This document shows, piece by piece, positions 28,723-38,018 of a stretch of 64,000 nt of DNA. The translations under genes were made by a program, and so were the position numbers. A model generated the notes under the pieces. The model was not told the DNA's origin. It saw only the letters and a program-made list of their open reading frames with translations, and made no database searches. Origin of the DNA: Candidatus Cloacimonadales bacterium (GTDB taxonomy: Bacteria > Cloacimonadota > Cloacimonadia > Cloacimonadales > JAIOQZ01); assembly GCA_963674825.1 (NCBI GenBank), contig OY771587.1, positions 992,001 to 1,056,000 on the forward strand, in the 5' to 3' direction. Position 1 is the stretch's first letter, and each line of letters begins with the position of its first letter.

Positions 28723-30542
28723 GAATATCCATATTCACAGTTTTCATTATTGGAGCTACTAGTTTATTATCCGTAAACATGAACCTTGCTGTCGACTATC
28801 TCAATATGGAATGGATGGTGAATGGCCCCAACGTCTGGAACAACTACACCGATACAGGAGATCCGCATCAGGGATACACTGAAGCTCATCCTTGCGACTG
28901 GGTAGATGGTATCGGTACAACCATTACCGGCATGCCCTACCACTATGGAGGCAAGGATTCATTTGCACAATGGGATAATGATTACGTAAACGGAAACAAC
29001 GGCCCCGGCGCTCATACAATTCATTATCAGATAAACTCACCCACTTCACGGGAATGGGCGGCCGGTATTGACTGTTCCGGTTTCGTTGGAAGGTGTTGGG
29101 GGATATCCGAGGTTTCAATAGGAGGTTTTGGATGTGGACATATTCGTGATAATTACCCCAACATTGCACCCCATCTGGTTCAACCCGGTGATGCATTTGT
29201 AGCTAGCACTCATGCCAGACTTTGCTATGGAAGATACGAAGATGATCCAACAAATCAATGGGTAGAGGTAATTGAAGCAATGTCTGATGGAGTAAATAAA
29301 GTGGAGAAGAATATCTATAGAATCGAAGATATGATAGCTAGTGGCTTTGGCTGTTACTCCTGCTCGGATTCCACCAACATCTCTGCCGGCTCCGTCTCTG
29401 GAACCTGGACGCTGGAAGATGGACCATACTTGATCGGTGGCGACATCCAAGTCGATACGACAGCAACGTTGACCATCGAAGCCGGCGTCAACGTGATTTT
29501 CACCGGGCACTACAAGTTCACCATATATGGTAAATTGCTCGCACAGGGTACCGAGGACATGAATATCTTCTTCACCGCAGAAAACACGATCGCCGGCTGG
29601 GGCGGCCTGAGGTTCATCAACAACAACACCAATGAATTCGACCAGTCCCGACTGACACACTGCAAGATCGAATACGGAAACGCACAGGGGAACTGGCCTG
29701 ACAATGTGGGAGGGGGAATTTTCTGCCAGTATTCCAATACGATCATCGACACCTGTGTCGTGACCAACAATAGCGCCCTTGCAGGTGGTGGTATTTACGT
29801 GAATCATTCCAACCCGGAGATCTATTACACGCTGATATCGGAGAATCACGCACAAGAGTTCGGCGGAGGAATCGCAGCGTACGACAACTGCATGTTCTTC
29901 CTCATGAACAACACCATTGTCGATAATACCGTGGATGTGTCAGGCAATGTAGGCGGTGGCATTTTCTGCGATATGTCCTGCTGGGCGTACATTGTGAATA
30001 CGATTGTATGGGGCAATACGTCCTATCAGGTATATCTGTTTTACGATAGAGACTATACGATCAATTATTGCAACATAGAGGATGCCATATATCCAGGTGA
30101 CGGAAATTTCTCGAGCGATCCACTGTTCAACGGTTCGGATCCCACTCACTATGAGCTGACGAGCAATTCGCCCTGCATCGACACCGGACACCCTAATTAT
30201 AACGATCCGGACGGTACAAGAAGTGATGTCGGCGCATTTCCGTATTTCCAGTTACCGGAGCCGCCGGAAGTGACGATCAGCATACAGAACAATCAGGTGA
30301 GTCTCGCCTGCGGAAGCGTGTCTCGAACCAGTTATATAGTCTATTCTTCCGACGATCCGGAAGGGACTTTTACAGAGGATGAGACAGGATCGTTCGACGG
30401 AAATGTTTGGACTGCGCCCTTGACGGATGATTCGAGATTCTACTATGTCACGACCGATACAGGAAGTCGCCGTGAGAATTCGGAAGTGACACCATTGAGT
30501 GAACTGATCAACAACCACAAGCGTTTGCATATACAGCGCTGA
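28719..30542 (+). CDS. Secreted NlpC/P60-like hydrolase + parallel beta-helix + C-terminal domain
   Basis: Signal peptide; PYHYGG, GIDCSGFV, PGDAF..H; GGGI..N repeats; SPCIDTG..DVGA. Confidence 0.75.
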   Translation: MRISIFTVFIIGATSLLSVNMNLAVDYLNMEWMVNGPNVWNNYTDTGDPHQGYTEAHPCDWVDGIGTTITGMPYHYGGKDSFAQWDNDYVNGNNGPGAHTIHYQINSPTSREWAAGIDCSGFVGRCWGISEVSIGGFGCGHIRDNYPNIAPHLVQPGDAFVASTHARLCYGRYEDDPTNQWVEVIEAMSDGVNKVEKNIYRIEDMIASGFGCYSCSDSTNISAGSVSGTWTLEDGPYLIGGDIQVDTTATLTIEAGVNVIFTGHYKFTIYGKLLAQGTEDMNIFFTAENTIAGWGGLRFINNNTNEFDQSRLTHCKIEYGNAQGNWPDNVGGGIFCQYSNTIIDTCVVTNNSALAGGGIYVNHSNPEIYYTLISENHAQEFGGGIAAYDNCMFFLMNNTIVDNTVDVSGNVGGGIFCDMSCWAYIVNTIVWGNTSYQVYLFYDRDYTINYCNIEDAIYPGDGNFSSDPLFNGSDPTHYELTSNSPCIDTGHPNYNDPDGTRSDVGAFPYFQLPEPPEVTISIQNNQVSLACGSVSRTSYIVYSSDDPEGTFTEDETGSFDGNVWTAPLTDDSRFYYVTTDTGSRRENSEVTPLSELINNHKRLHIQR

Positions 30543-30559
30543 TTCACTACTCACTTTAG

Positions 30560-30943
30560 CGCATCCTCTCCATCTACATCATCTCGCTGCCCGGTGGCAC
30601 GCTACGACTGGTCAACAAGGACGACGCCTCGAATGCGGTCACCACAATCGATTCCGCCGACGTCATCGAGTTCAAGCGCAAGCGGCTCAACCGTTCGCGG
30701 CCCGACACGTCCGTCCTGGACTGTCTCGTCGGCGACACGACCAACCTGAAGGCCCTCATCGCCGACCACTACGAAACCCTTTTCTGCCAGACGTGGAGCC
30801 TCGAAGCGACCGTTGACAACCTCGCCAAATACGACTTTGCCTTGTTCGACAAGCTGCTCGTCGAGGGCGTGCAGTACCGCATCACCGAGCTGCAGCGCGA
30901 CCCGAAGGCGGACGAGTATGTGCTCAAGGCGTGGGAGGTCTGA
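30560..30943 (+). pseudogene. C-terminal remnant of a phage tail protein
   Basis: Start-less GC-rich open frame YIISLPGG...EYVLKAWEV*, coupled (TGATG) to the next tail gene. Confidence 0.6.
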
Positions 30944-31392
30944 TGCTGTGCTACGACGGCTTTCGCATCATCTCCATCGCGGGCGGCGCGTACTCCGGGT
31001 TCGTCGTCGAGAGCGGCGTCATCGACTACCAGCCGCAACGCAAGTATCGCGTCGAGAAGCAGTGCGCCTTCGATCCGACCATCCTCATCCGGCGCGAGCC
31101 GTACAACGAAGATTCCATCGAGTGCGAGGCCTACTTGCATGCGACGCAGTATGACGATCTGTACGCCATCCTGAGCGGTGCAGACCTGCTCTTCATCGAG
31201 TTCGACACCGGCTCGGGGACGCTGCAGTTCCCGGTAGTGATCGACAAGCTGCCCAAGCTCGAAGACGATGCACGCTCCCATCGCAGCCGCATCAAATTCA
31301 CCCTCACCAGCATCTACAAGCAGTTGTCGCCCATCGACTTCGACAGCGTGTTCGGCTACGGCAACGGCTGGGGCGACTGCTGGGGATTTTAG
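30943..31392 (+). CDS. Phage tail protein (distal tail-like)
   Basis: Operon coupling; C-terminal FGYGNGWGDCWG. Confidence 0.55.
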   Translation: MLCYDGFRIISIAGGAYSGFVVESGVIDYQPQRKYRVEKQCAFDPTILIRREPYNEDSIECEAYLHATQYDDLYAILSGADLLFIEFDTGSGTLQFPVVIDKLPKLEDDARSHRSRIKFTLTSIYKQLSPIDFDSVFGYGNGWGDCWGF

Positions 31393-31400
31393 GAGGACGC

Positions 31401-32369
31401 ATGCCCGAAACCACCAACTTCAGCCTCTATCAGCCGGTCGCCGGGGAGTCAGGATGGGCCGCCGCGCTCAACGGTAACTTCGACACCATCGACGCGCTTC
31501 TGTACTCGCACCAGACCAGCATCGACGGTCACACGGGAACCGGCAGCAACAAGCACAACGCAGAGCAGATCCGCACCTCGGACGGCTCGGATGTGCAGTC
31601 CGCGCTGGCGGCCAAAGCGAGCCTGCATCACTCGCATCAGGCGGACGATGTCATCCTTCCCGATAACCTCGACATTGGCCATCACATTGCGAATATCAAC
31701 GACGATATCCAAAGTCTTGAAACAACGAAGGCTGCATTGCGGCACACCCACCAATCCGACGACATTCTCCTGCCTGACGGCCTCGAGCTTGGGCAGCATA
31801 TCGACAGCATCGACGACGACATAGAAGCACTCCAGACCGGCAAGGCGGACGCCACCCACGAGCACGCTGAATATGCCCTGCAAACCGCTCTGGACACGGT
31901 TGAGAACACTCTCGATCTGTTGTTGCCAGACCTTGCATCCGTGACGCTGAGCGTCGATGTCGTCAATCGCAGCGGCGGCATTCGCATTCTGTTCCACACT
32001 ACGCCGACGGTGCACTTCTCGCAGGCTGAAATCCTCATCGAGAAAGACGGCGTGGAGATGCATCACGAGACGGTTCTGAGCACATACGTTTTCATCGATG
32101 GAAGCGAGCTGAGCGGCGTCGAGAACGGCGATGTAATCAACCTTTCGGTGACCCTCTACAGCAGTCTCAGCTCCAAGATCAAGAAGGTCGACCACACCTA
32201 CGCGACCACGACCTCGCCGCTCGAGGAGCGGATCAAGGCCATCGAGACGCAACTCACCCTCGGCAACATCATCGACGCTTTCGCGCAGGACGAGGACGCC
32301 TTGCAGGCGTTGGCCAACGTGCTACATTCCTCGAACACCCTTGCGCAGAAGGTCTCGGAGCTGATGTAG
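31401..32369 (+). CDS. Tail fibre-like protein with HxH repeats
   Basis: LNGNFDTID N-terminus; ~38-aa repeats KA..HxH.DD..LPD; AGGAGG RBS. Confidence 0.65.
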   Translation: MPETTNFSLYQPVAGESGWAAALNGNFDTIDALLYSHQTSIDGHTGTGSNKHNAEQIRTSDGSDVQSALAAKASLHHSHQADDVILPDNLDIGHHIANINDDIQSLETTKAALRHTHQSDDILLPDGLELGQHIDSIDDDIEALQTGKADATHEHAEYALQTALDTVENTLDLLLPDLASVTLSVDVVNRSGGIRILFHTTPTVHFSQAEILIEKDGVEMHHETVLSTYVFIDGSELSGVENGDVINLSVTLYSSLSSKIKKVDHTYATTTSPLEERIKAIETQLTLGNIIDAFAQDEDALQALANVLHSSNTLAQKVSELM

Positions 32370-32370
32370 C

Positions 32371-32586
32371 GTGAAGACCATTCGCCAGAACACCGTTTGG
32401 GATCTGCTGAACCGCAAAACCAAGCCGACAGTCTCGACCGACCGCGATATCGCCTTCGTGAAACCGATCTATTCCACTGTCGACGAGAATCTGGTGCTCA
32501 ATGGCGAGCAGTTTCCGCCTGACGCCAAGCCGGGACAGGTGTTCATACGCAACGGAAAACCCTACATATACAAGGAGCAGACATGA
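32371..32586 (+). CDS. Small phage hypothetical protein
   Basis: Coupled ORF in the tail operon. Confidence 0.55.
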   Translation: MKTIRQNTVWDLLNRKTKPTVSTDRDIAFVKPIYSTVDENLVLNGEQFPPDAKPGQVFIRNGKPYIYKEQT

Positions 32587-32741
32587 CACAGACCGAACTC
32601 TACCAAACCACCAAACTGGAGCTGACGCACGAATACGAGCGGCTCCAAAGGCTTATTCAGGAAACCCGCGAGAAGCTGCTCAAGACCGAGGGCGCGCTAC
32701 TGCTACTCGGCCGGCTCGAACGTGAAGCGAAGGAGGCGTAA
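32583..32741 (+). CDS. 52-aa coiled-coil phage protein (below ORF-track cutoff)
   Basis: ATGA and TAATG overlaps with both neighbours; AAGGAG RBS; MTQTELYQTTKLELTHEYERL... Confidence 0.6.
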   Translation: MTQTELYQTTKLELTHEYERLQRLIQETREKLLKTEGALLLLGRLEREAKEA

Positions 32742-33217
32742 TGGCTGGCACATGGCAGGAAATCCTCGACTCCGGGCAGCTCGGCGTCGCCAACGGCATC
32801 GCGCAGCTCGACAAGTCCGGCAAGCTGATCACCGAGCAGATCCCGCAGATCGAACCGGGCAACATCACAGGCGTGCTCGAAGCGAGCCAGATCCCCGACC
32901 TTGACGCATCCAAGATAACCACCGGCGTCTTCGTCGTGGATCGCGTACCAGACCTCGATGCAGCCAAAATCGCTACCGGCGCCCTCGCCACCGACCGCAT
33001 CCCGACCCTCGCCCAGAGCAAGATATCAGGGCTCAACACGGCCCTCGCGGCCAAGGTCGAGACACGCACCAAGATCAACGGTCACGCGCTGGAAGGTGAT
33101 ATCAAGCTCGAGACCACCGACATTATCGCGGAGGTTACTGAGCTGCCAGAAGAGGGTGTCATCGGTGAGGTCGTCGCATACGCCGGGAAGCTGTATGTCT
33201 GGAGTGGGGATAAGTAG
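32741..33217 (+). CDS. Tail fibre/appendage-like protein with IPxLDAxKI repeats
   Basis: GVANGIAQLDKSGK and four ~18-aa repeats. Confidence 0.6.
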   Translation: MAGTWQEILDSGQLGVANGIAQLDKSGKLITEQIPQIEPGNITGVLEASQIPDLDASKITTGVFVVDRVPDLDAAKIATGALATDRIPTLAQSKISGLNTALAAKVETRTKINGHALEGDIKLETTDIIAEVTELPEEGVIGEVVAYAGKLYVWSGDK

Positions 33218-33236
33218 AATCGAAGGAAATCAACCG

Positions 33237-33265
33237 GCCTGCTCGACACGGGGCAGGCTTTTTTT
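33237..33265 (+). terminator. Rho-independent terminator of the late operon
   Basis: GCCTGCTC/GGGCAGGC stem followed by T7. Confidence 0.8.
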
Positions 33266-33308
33266 CTGATCAAAAACACCCATATAGTGCCATTGGTTTG
33301 GCAGAATT

Positions 33309-33458
33309 TGCCAAACCCGTGTCACTTTTCTGCCAAACCCGTGGCATTTTTGCCAAACCGCTGTCACTTTTTGCCAAACTGGTGGCACGCTTGCCAAACC
33401 CGTGGCAGCGATTTGCCACGTTTTTGTCACTTTTTGCCAAATCGCGTGTCACTTCACA
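33309..33458. repeat. Right-end array of 7 putative transposase-binding sites, ending ...TTCACA
   Basis: TGCCA(AA)..TG(T/G)CA units at 33309, 33331, 33351, 33372, 33392, 33414 and 33435. Confidence 0.8.
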
Positions 33459-33611
33459 TCTGATCAGGCACGTAATGTGCAGCAAAACAAAAATATGTAT
33501 TGACACGATCCGATAAAACGGTTACACGTGTCACCGTAAATCTAATCGATTACATTTCTTGTTCCGCGATCCGGCTATCATTCTTGTTCCGTGCCTATAA
33601 AGGGAGGAACT

Positions 33612-35759
33612 ATGCGCTCTATCTTGTCTATCCTGATCGTGTCTTTAGCTATGATTTTATCGGCAGCAGCGGTTGATGAAGCGACTGCCATAAAAGCCGC
33701 CGAGAACTGGATCCAAATGCAAACCCATACTCGGATCGCCCCTCAAATTCATCCCGAAGCGCTGCAACAAGGTGTGTGGCTTTGCCGGATTGAGGAAGGC
33801 GGTTTCGTAGTGATCGCCGCTGACGACGCGGCCCGTCCTGTTATCGCCTGGAGCGAGTCAGGCGATTTCAATCCCGCGGAGAATCCCGCCGCGCAGCGCT
33901 GGCTCGAATCGATCGGTCGCCAGATGGCTGCAATCTCCGAACAAGCACCCATCAACAACCAGTGGGAAGTTCTACTCGGTAGTCATCCTGAATCTCTGCG
34001 TACCGACCGTGATGTCGAACCGCTTATCACCTCGCACTGGCGTCAGCAGTGGCCCTATAACGCACACTGCCCGGAAGATGTAAACGGACCGGGTGGACAT
34101 GTGGTCGTCGGGTGCTGTGCAACAGCCGCTGCGCAGTTTATGCGGTTCTGGCAACATCCAGAGCATGGTATTGGCTCGCACAGCTACGAGCATAATCTAT
34201 ATGGTACGATTTCAGCCGATTTCTCGGAAGCAACCTACCTCTGGGATGAGATGCCCGATACATTATCGGACTACAACGAAGAGGTTGCCGAGATATGCTT
34301 CCACGCAGGCGTGGCAATGGATATGGGGTATGGTTCCGATGGATCGGGAGCCTCGTTTGACGCTGTTTACTACGCGCTGACCGCGCACTTTTCCTACAAT
34401 CCGTCAGCACAATACCTCCCGCGTTACAGCTTTGAAGATGATGTCTGGGATGAAATGGTGCGTGAAGAGCTGGATCAACAGCGCCCGGTCTATTACGTAG
34501 CTTCAGAAGAGGACTTCACCGGTCATGCGTTTCTCATCGATGGATATGAAGGCTTGGATTTTTTCCATGTCAATTGGGGATGGGGAGGCAATTGTGACGG
34601 TTATTTCTACTTCTCCGACCTGGCTCCGGGAAGTCATGATTTCACTTACAATCAGAATGCCTTCTTCGACCTGTATCCTGTGGAACAAAACGGACTGACC
34701 GCACCTACGGATCTCGTGGCTGAAGTGGTGAACTCCGATGATATTCAACTGACCTGGACACCGCCGATAAACGATGAAGGCGAGTGGTATTCTTACACAG
34801 CGCAGATGTCGATGATCCATTTCAATGGACCCGAACGTGCGATTCTTTTCGACGATGCGGTCTTCGATTTCAGCTATCCCGCTACGATCCAGCAGATCCA
34901 GCATTCGTTCTACGATCATGTCCAGAATCCGTGGGGAGACAACGACCAGTTTATCGTGAAGATCTACAGCGCGGATTTCGAGACCGTCCTCTACGAATCG
35001 TCGCCACAAAGAGCATTGCGTTATCCTACGGTTACGACGCACATCCTCTCCTGGCCACTCACAGTGTACGACGACTTCTATGTCTCCATCCGGCCAGTTG
35101 ATGAAGTGACGTTCTGCCCATCCAGTACATCTGGTGATTGCGCCGGTGCCAGCCATAGCTGGTGGGGTGAATCGGGGAGCTGGGAACAGATCGATACCGA
35201 ATGGATGACCAGCGTTAACATCTGCATGACAGATACCGGCCAGCATTGTGTTTTGCGGTCCGGGCAACCGCGCAATCGTATGCTGCTCGGATATAATATC
35301 CGCCGTGACGGCGCAGTAATCAATCCTTTGTGGCTTGTCGATCCGGAGTATCTGGACGAAGATCTTCCTGCCGGTGAATATACCTACACAGTCACGGCCG
35401 TATATGACGAAGGAGAATCGAATCCTTCCAATCCGGTGACGGTTCAGGTGGGGCTTGCCAACAATGACGATGACATCAGCGCACCCGACTGCATTCTCAG
35501 CGTCTATCCCAATCCGTTTAATCCATCCACGACAATCGGCTATTCGCTCCCGGAAACCGGACACGTCGAGATTGGCGTTTACAATATCCGTGGCCAGCGG
35601 ATCCGTAAGCTGGTCGATGAGAAGATGCAGGCCGGTGAACATACGATTGTGTGGAACGGCACCGATGCATCCGGCAAGGCTATGGCCAGCGGTATCTACT
35701 TCCTGAAGATGGATACCGGACGCTATGTTGCGACAAAGAAGATGATTATGCTGAAGTAA
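33612..35759 (+). CDS. C10 family (streptopain-like) peptidase with FN3 and FlgD/T9SS-type C-terminal domain
   Basis: VGCCATAAAQ, GHAF..DGY, HVNWGWGG, YPNPFNP...SGIYF. Confidence 0.92.
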   Translation: MRSILSILIVSLAMILSAAAVDEATAIKAAENWIQMQTHTRIAPQIHPEALQQGVWLCRIEEGGFVVIAADDAARPVIAWSESGDFNPAENPAAQRWLESIGRQMAAISEQAPINNQWEVLLGSHPESLRTDRDVEPLITSHWRQQWPYNAHCPEDVNGPGGHVVVGCCATAAAQFMRFWQHPEHGIGSHSYEHNLYGTISADFSEATYLWDEMPDTLSDYNEEVAEICFHAGVAMDMGYGSDGSGASFDAVYYALTAHFSYNPSAQYLPRYSFEDDVWDEMVREELDQQRPVYYVASEEDFTGHAFLIDGYEGLDFFHVNWGWGGNCDGYFYFSDLAPGSHDFTYNQNAFFDLYPVEQNGLTAPTDLVAEVVNSDDIQLTWTPPINDEGEWYSYTAQMSMIHFNGPERAILFDDAVFDFSYPATIQQIQHSFYDHVQNPWGDNDQFIVKIYSADFETVLYESSPQRALRYPTVTTHILSWPLTVYDDFYVSIRPVDEVTFCPSSTSGDCAGASHSWWGESGSWEQIDTEWMTSVNICMTDTGQHCVLRSGQPRNRMLLGYNIRRDGAVINPLWLVDPEYLDEDLPAGEYTYTVTAVYDEGESNPSNPVTVQVGLANNDDDISAPDCILSVYPNPFNPSTTIGYSLPETGHVEIGVYNIRGQRIRKLVDEKMQAGEHTIVWNGTDASGKAMASGIYFLKMDTGRYVATKKMIMLK

Positions 35760-35941
35760 TTTCGGCTTTTGCGAAGCAAAAACGAAATGGTCGAACGATG
35801 TGATTTTCGGCTCTCATGAAGTGAGAACGAAAACATGAGCGTTGTGATTTTCGGCTTTGACGCAGTCAAAACGAAAACCATCTGCGCAGCGAATTCATGT
35901 TAGCGGAGGTATTTTCGACAATCTCTTTTCGCGAAGCGAAA
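35760..35941. repeat. Array of covarying GNA-loop hairpins
   Basis: TTTCGGC-[6-bp stem, GAA/GCA loop]-ACGAAA three times, plus a partial fourth. Confidence 0.7.
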
Positions 35942-36031
35942 TAGCGAAAGTGGAATGATCATCTCAACAATGTAACGAAATAGGCCAGAAATTCATTTAC
36001 CTCTCAAAGAGCGGTTCTCGCTCCGGTAAAT

Positions 36032-36076
36032 CCTCTCCTCACCCCCTCTTCATCACAAAGAGGGGGTTGGAGGGAA
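36032..36076. repeat. CCCCTCT/AGAGGGGG palindrome (REP-like or terminator-like)
   Basis: ACCCCCTCTT...AAGAGGGGGT inverted repeat. Confidence 0.5.
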
Positions 36077-36154
36077 TTAAATCATTTGACACCCTATCGC
36101 CCAAATCGAGACTATTACTATCAATGTTTTTCTACAAGATCGGAGCATTATAAA

Positions 36155-37183
36155 ATGATACTCGACAGTATTTTCTTTCAGTTCGCCACGCTGGCAATCG
36201 CGTTCGTGATTCTATTCAAGAGCGCGGATCTTTTCGTTGATAGCGCGGTGGGCATTTCTAACGACTTCGGAATCCCTCGAATTGTAGTGGGCATCATCAT
36301 CGTTGGATTCGCAACCACAGCCCCTGAAATAACCGTCTCGATCATTTCGGCAGCGAAAGGTAAAAGCGAATTCGCGCTGGGCAACGCTCTGGGATCGGTG
36401 ATCGTCGATGACGGCATCGCGCTCGGACTGGCAGCGATTCTCTCACCAGCAATGATCATGATCGACAAACGCACTCTCAAGACGACCGGCATCTTCCTCA
36501 TCTCCGTAATCCTGCTTGGTTATCTTCTCGGATTCAACGGAGTTTTCAATCGCGTTGAAGGACTGCTTTTCGTTCTGCTTCTCTGTGGGTACTGGTTTGC
36601 CATGGTAATGGCCGAACGCCGTCGCAAGAAACAGGGCATCGACATCTCGCATGACTTCCCGGAGATCTCCGGACATGATAAAAAGCCTCTACGCAATCAC
36701 GTTATCCAGCTCCTCATCGGTCTCGCCGGTGTAATCCTCGCCAGCCACCTCGTGGTGTGGTCCGCTGAAAAAATCGCCATATTTTTCCATGTCCCGGAGG
36801 TAATTATCGGACTGACCATCATCGCGATCGGTACATCTCTTCCCGAAATCAGCACAGCCATCATCGCGGCGCGCAAGGGCGAGGGTGAAATATCGGTGGG
36901 CAACATCCTTGGCGCGGATATCCTGAACATCCTCTGGATTATCGGTGTCTCTTCTATGGTTAATCCCATCGACGTTCGCGCAGACAAGGTTCATGTCGCG
37001 CTCTTCGGGCACGATTTCGGCGTTGTCGGGTCGGTCCACTTCTCTTTCGTCTGGGTTATCCTGATCGTCGCCGCTATGCTGATCTTCATGCGGACAGGAT
37101 ACAGGCTTCGCAAGCAGGAAGGTATCGCGCTCATCGCGATGTACCTGGTCTATCTGCTGATGAACTTCTCCATCTTTATCTGA
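36155..37183 (+). CDS. Calcium/sodium antiporter (YrbG/CaCA family)
   Basis: ATTAPE and GTSLPE alpha-repeats, GNILG, multiple TM helices. Confidence 0.92.
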   Translation: MILDSIFFQFATLAIAFVILFKSADLFVDSAVGISNDFGIPRIVVGIIIVGFATTAPEITVSIISAAKGKSEFALGNALGSVIVDDGIALGLAAILSPAMIMIDKRTLKTTGIFLISVILLGYLLGFNGVFNRVEGLLFVLLLCGYWFAMVMAERRRKKQGIDISHDFPEISGHDKKPLRNHVIQLLIGLAGVILASHLVVWSAEKIAIFFHVPEVIIGLTIIAIGTSLPEISTAIIAARKGEGEISVGNILGADILNILWIIGVSSMVNPIDVRADKVHVALFGHDFGVVGSVHFSFVWVILIVAAMLIFMRTGYRLRKQEGIALIAMYLVYLLMNFSIFI

Positions 37184-37196
37184 TCAGAGAAACACC

Positions 37197-37802
37197 ATGC
37201 AACGTATGATCGACCTGCACGACGGTGAACTCGATGGGGAATTACTGCAAAAGCTGAACAACCGCAACCAGACCTTCCGTGACGTTCGCTTCATCGATTG
37301 CCGTTTCGAGGATTGCGATTTCACCGAAACAAGCTTCCTTGGCTGCCGGTTCATCGACTGCGTCTTCAGCAAGTGCGATTTTTCCATGGCACAACTCACC
37401 GGATCCAGTTTTCGCGACACCCTCTTCGAAGACTCTCGCCTCGACGGCATAGACTGGACACGCATCGCCAGAGCTCAGACTTCCTTCGCTGCGCCAATCT
37501 CCTTCAAGCGCTGTTCTCTCAGCCATTCCACCTTTATCGGACTGGAACTACCGGAATTGAACCTCATCGAATGCCGATGCATGAACAGCGATTTCCGCCA
37601 GGCGTCTCTGCCGCGTGGGAAATTCACAGGTACGGATTTTTCGGAAAGTATGTTCCATGGCACCAACCTTACACAAGCCGATTTTAAAGGTGCGCGCAAC
37701 TACCGGATCGATCCTTCCACGAACACGATTACGAAAGCGAAGTTTCAATTACCTGAGGCGATGGAGTTGCTGTACGCGATGGATATCGAGCTGATTGACT
37801 GA
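37197..37802 (+). CDS. Pentapeptide repeat protein
   Basis: F.DC.F / ADF.. repeats throughout. Confidence 0.92.
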   Translation: MQRMIDLHDGELDGELLQKLNNRNQTFRDVRFIDCRFEDCDFTETSFLGCRFIDCVFSKCDFSMAQLTGSSFRDTLFEDSRLDGIDWTRIARAQTSFAAPISFKRCSLSHSTFIGLELPELNLIECRCMNSDFRQASLPRGKFTGTDFSESMFHGTNLTQADFKGARNYRIDPSTNTITKAKFQLPEAMELLYAMDIELID

Positions 37803-37963
37803 TATTCTCTTTTGATTGAATTGAACTGAAGACCGCTGCCGGCTGAACTGGGGTGTTCTTCGAGAGGATTCGACTCGTGGAACCGGCAGCGGTTTGATCG
37901 AAGAACCTATCAAGCGATTGACCTTTATGACAAGGCTGCTTTTAAAACCCTGCGAACTATTTT

Positions 37964-37990
37964 AAAAAAGCCCCACGAAAAAGTGGGGCT
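37964..37990 (-). terminator. Terminator of the M42 operon
   Basis: AGCCCCAC/GTGGGGCT stem with a T-run on the minus strand. Confidence 0.75.
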
Positions 37991-38018
37991 CTATTTAATA
38001 CTGTTTTGATGTAATAAG

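Larger units (their letters stand above)
1..33458 (+). mobile_element. Defective Mu-like transposable prophage (left end outside window), loaded with cargo genes
   Basis: MuA-like transposase and MuB-like ATPase, followed by co-oriented GC-rich head, portal and tail genes; repeat array and terminal CA at 33309-33458; host genes start right after. Confidence 0.9.

Noticed and set aside
33309..33458. CRISPR array
   Set aside because: Units are only ~21 bp with no spacer-length unique sequence, no cas genes, and they sit at the transposable phage end
33270..33516. Repetitive ORFs (FAKP... / WQK...)
   Set aside because: Translations of the end-repeat array, not credible genes
34503..35642. Long antisense ORFs (also 38043-39023, 44465-45592, 31449-32252)
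   Set aside because: Shadow frames of well-supported genes with biased codon usage; no motifs
37861..37880. tRNA suggested by a GGATTCGACTC T-loop-like motif
   Set aside because: No full cloverleaf, anticodon arm or CCA end
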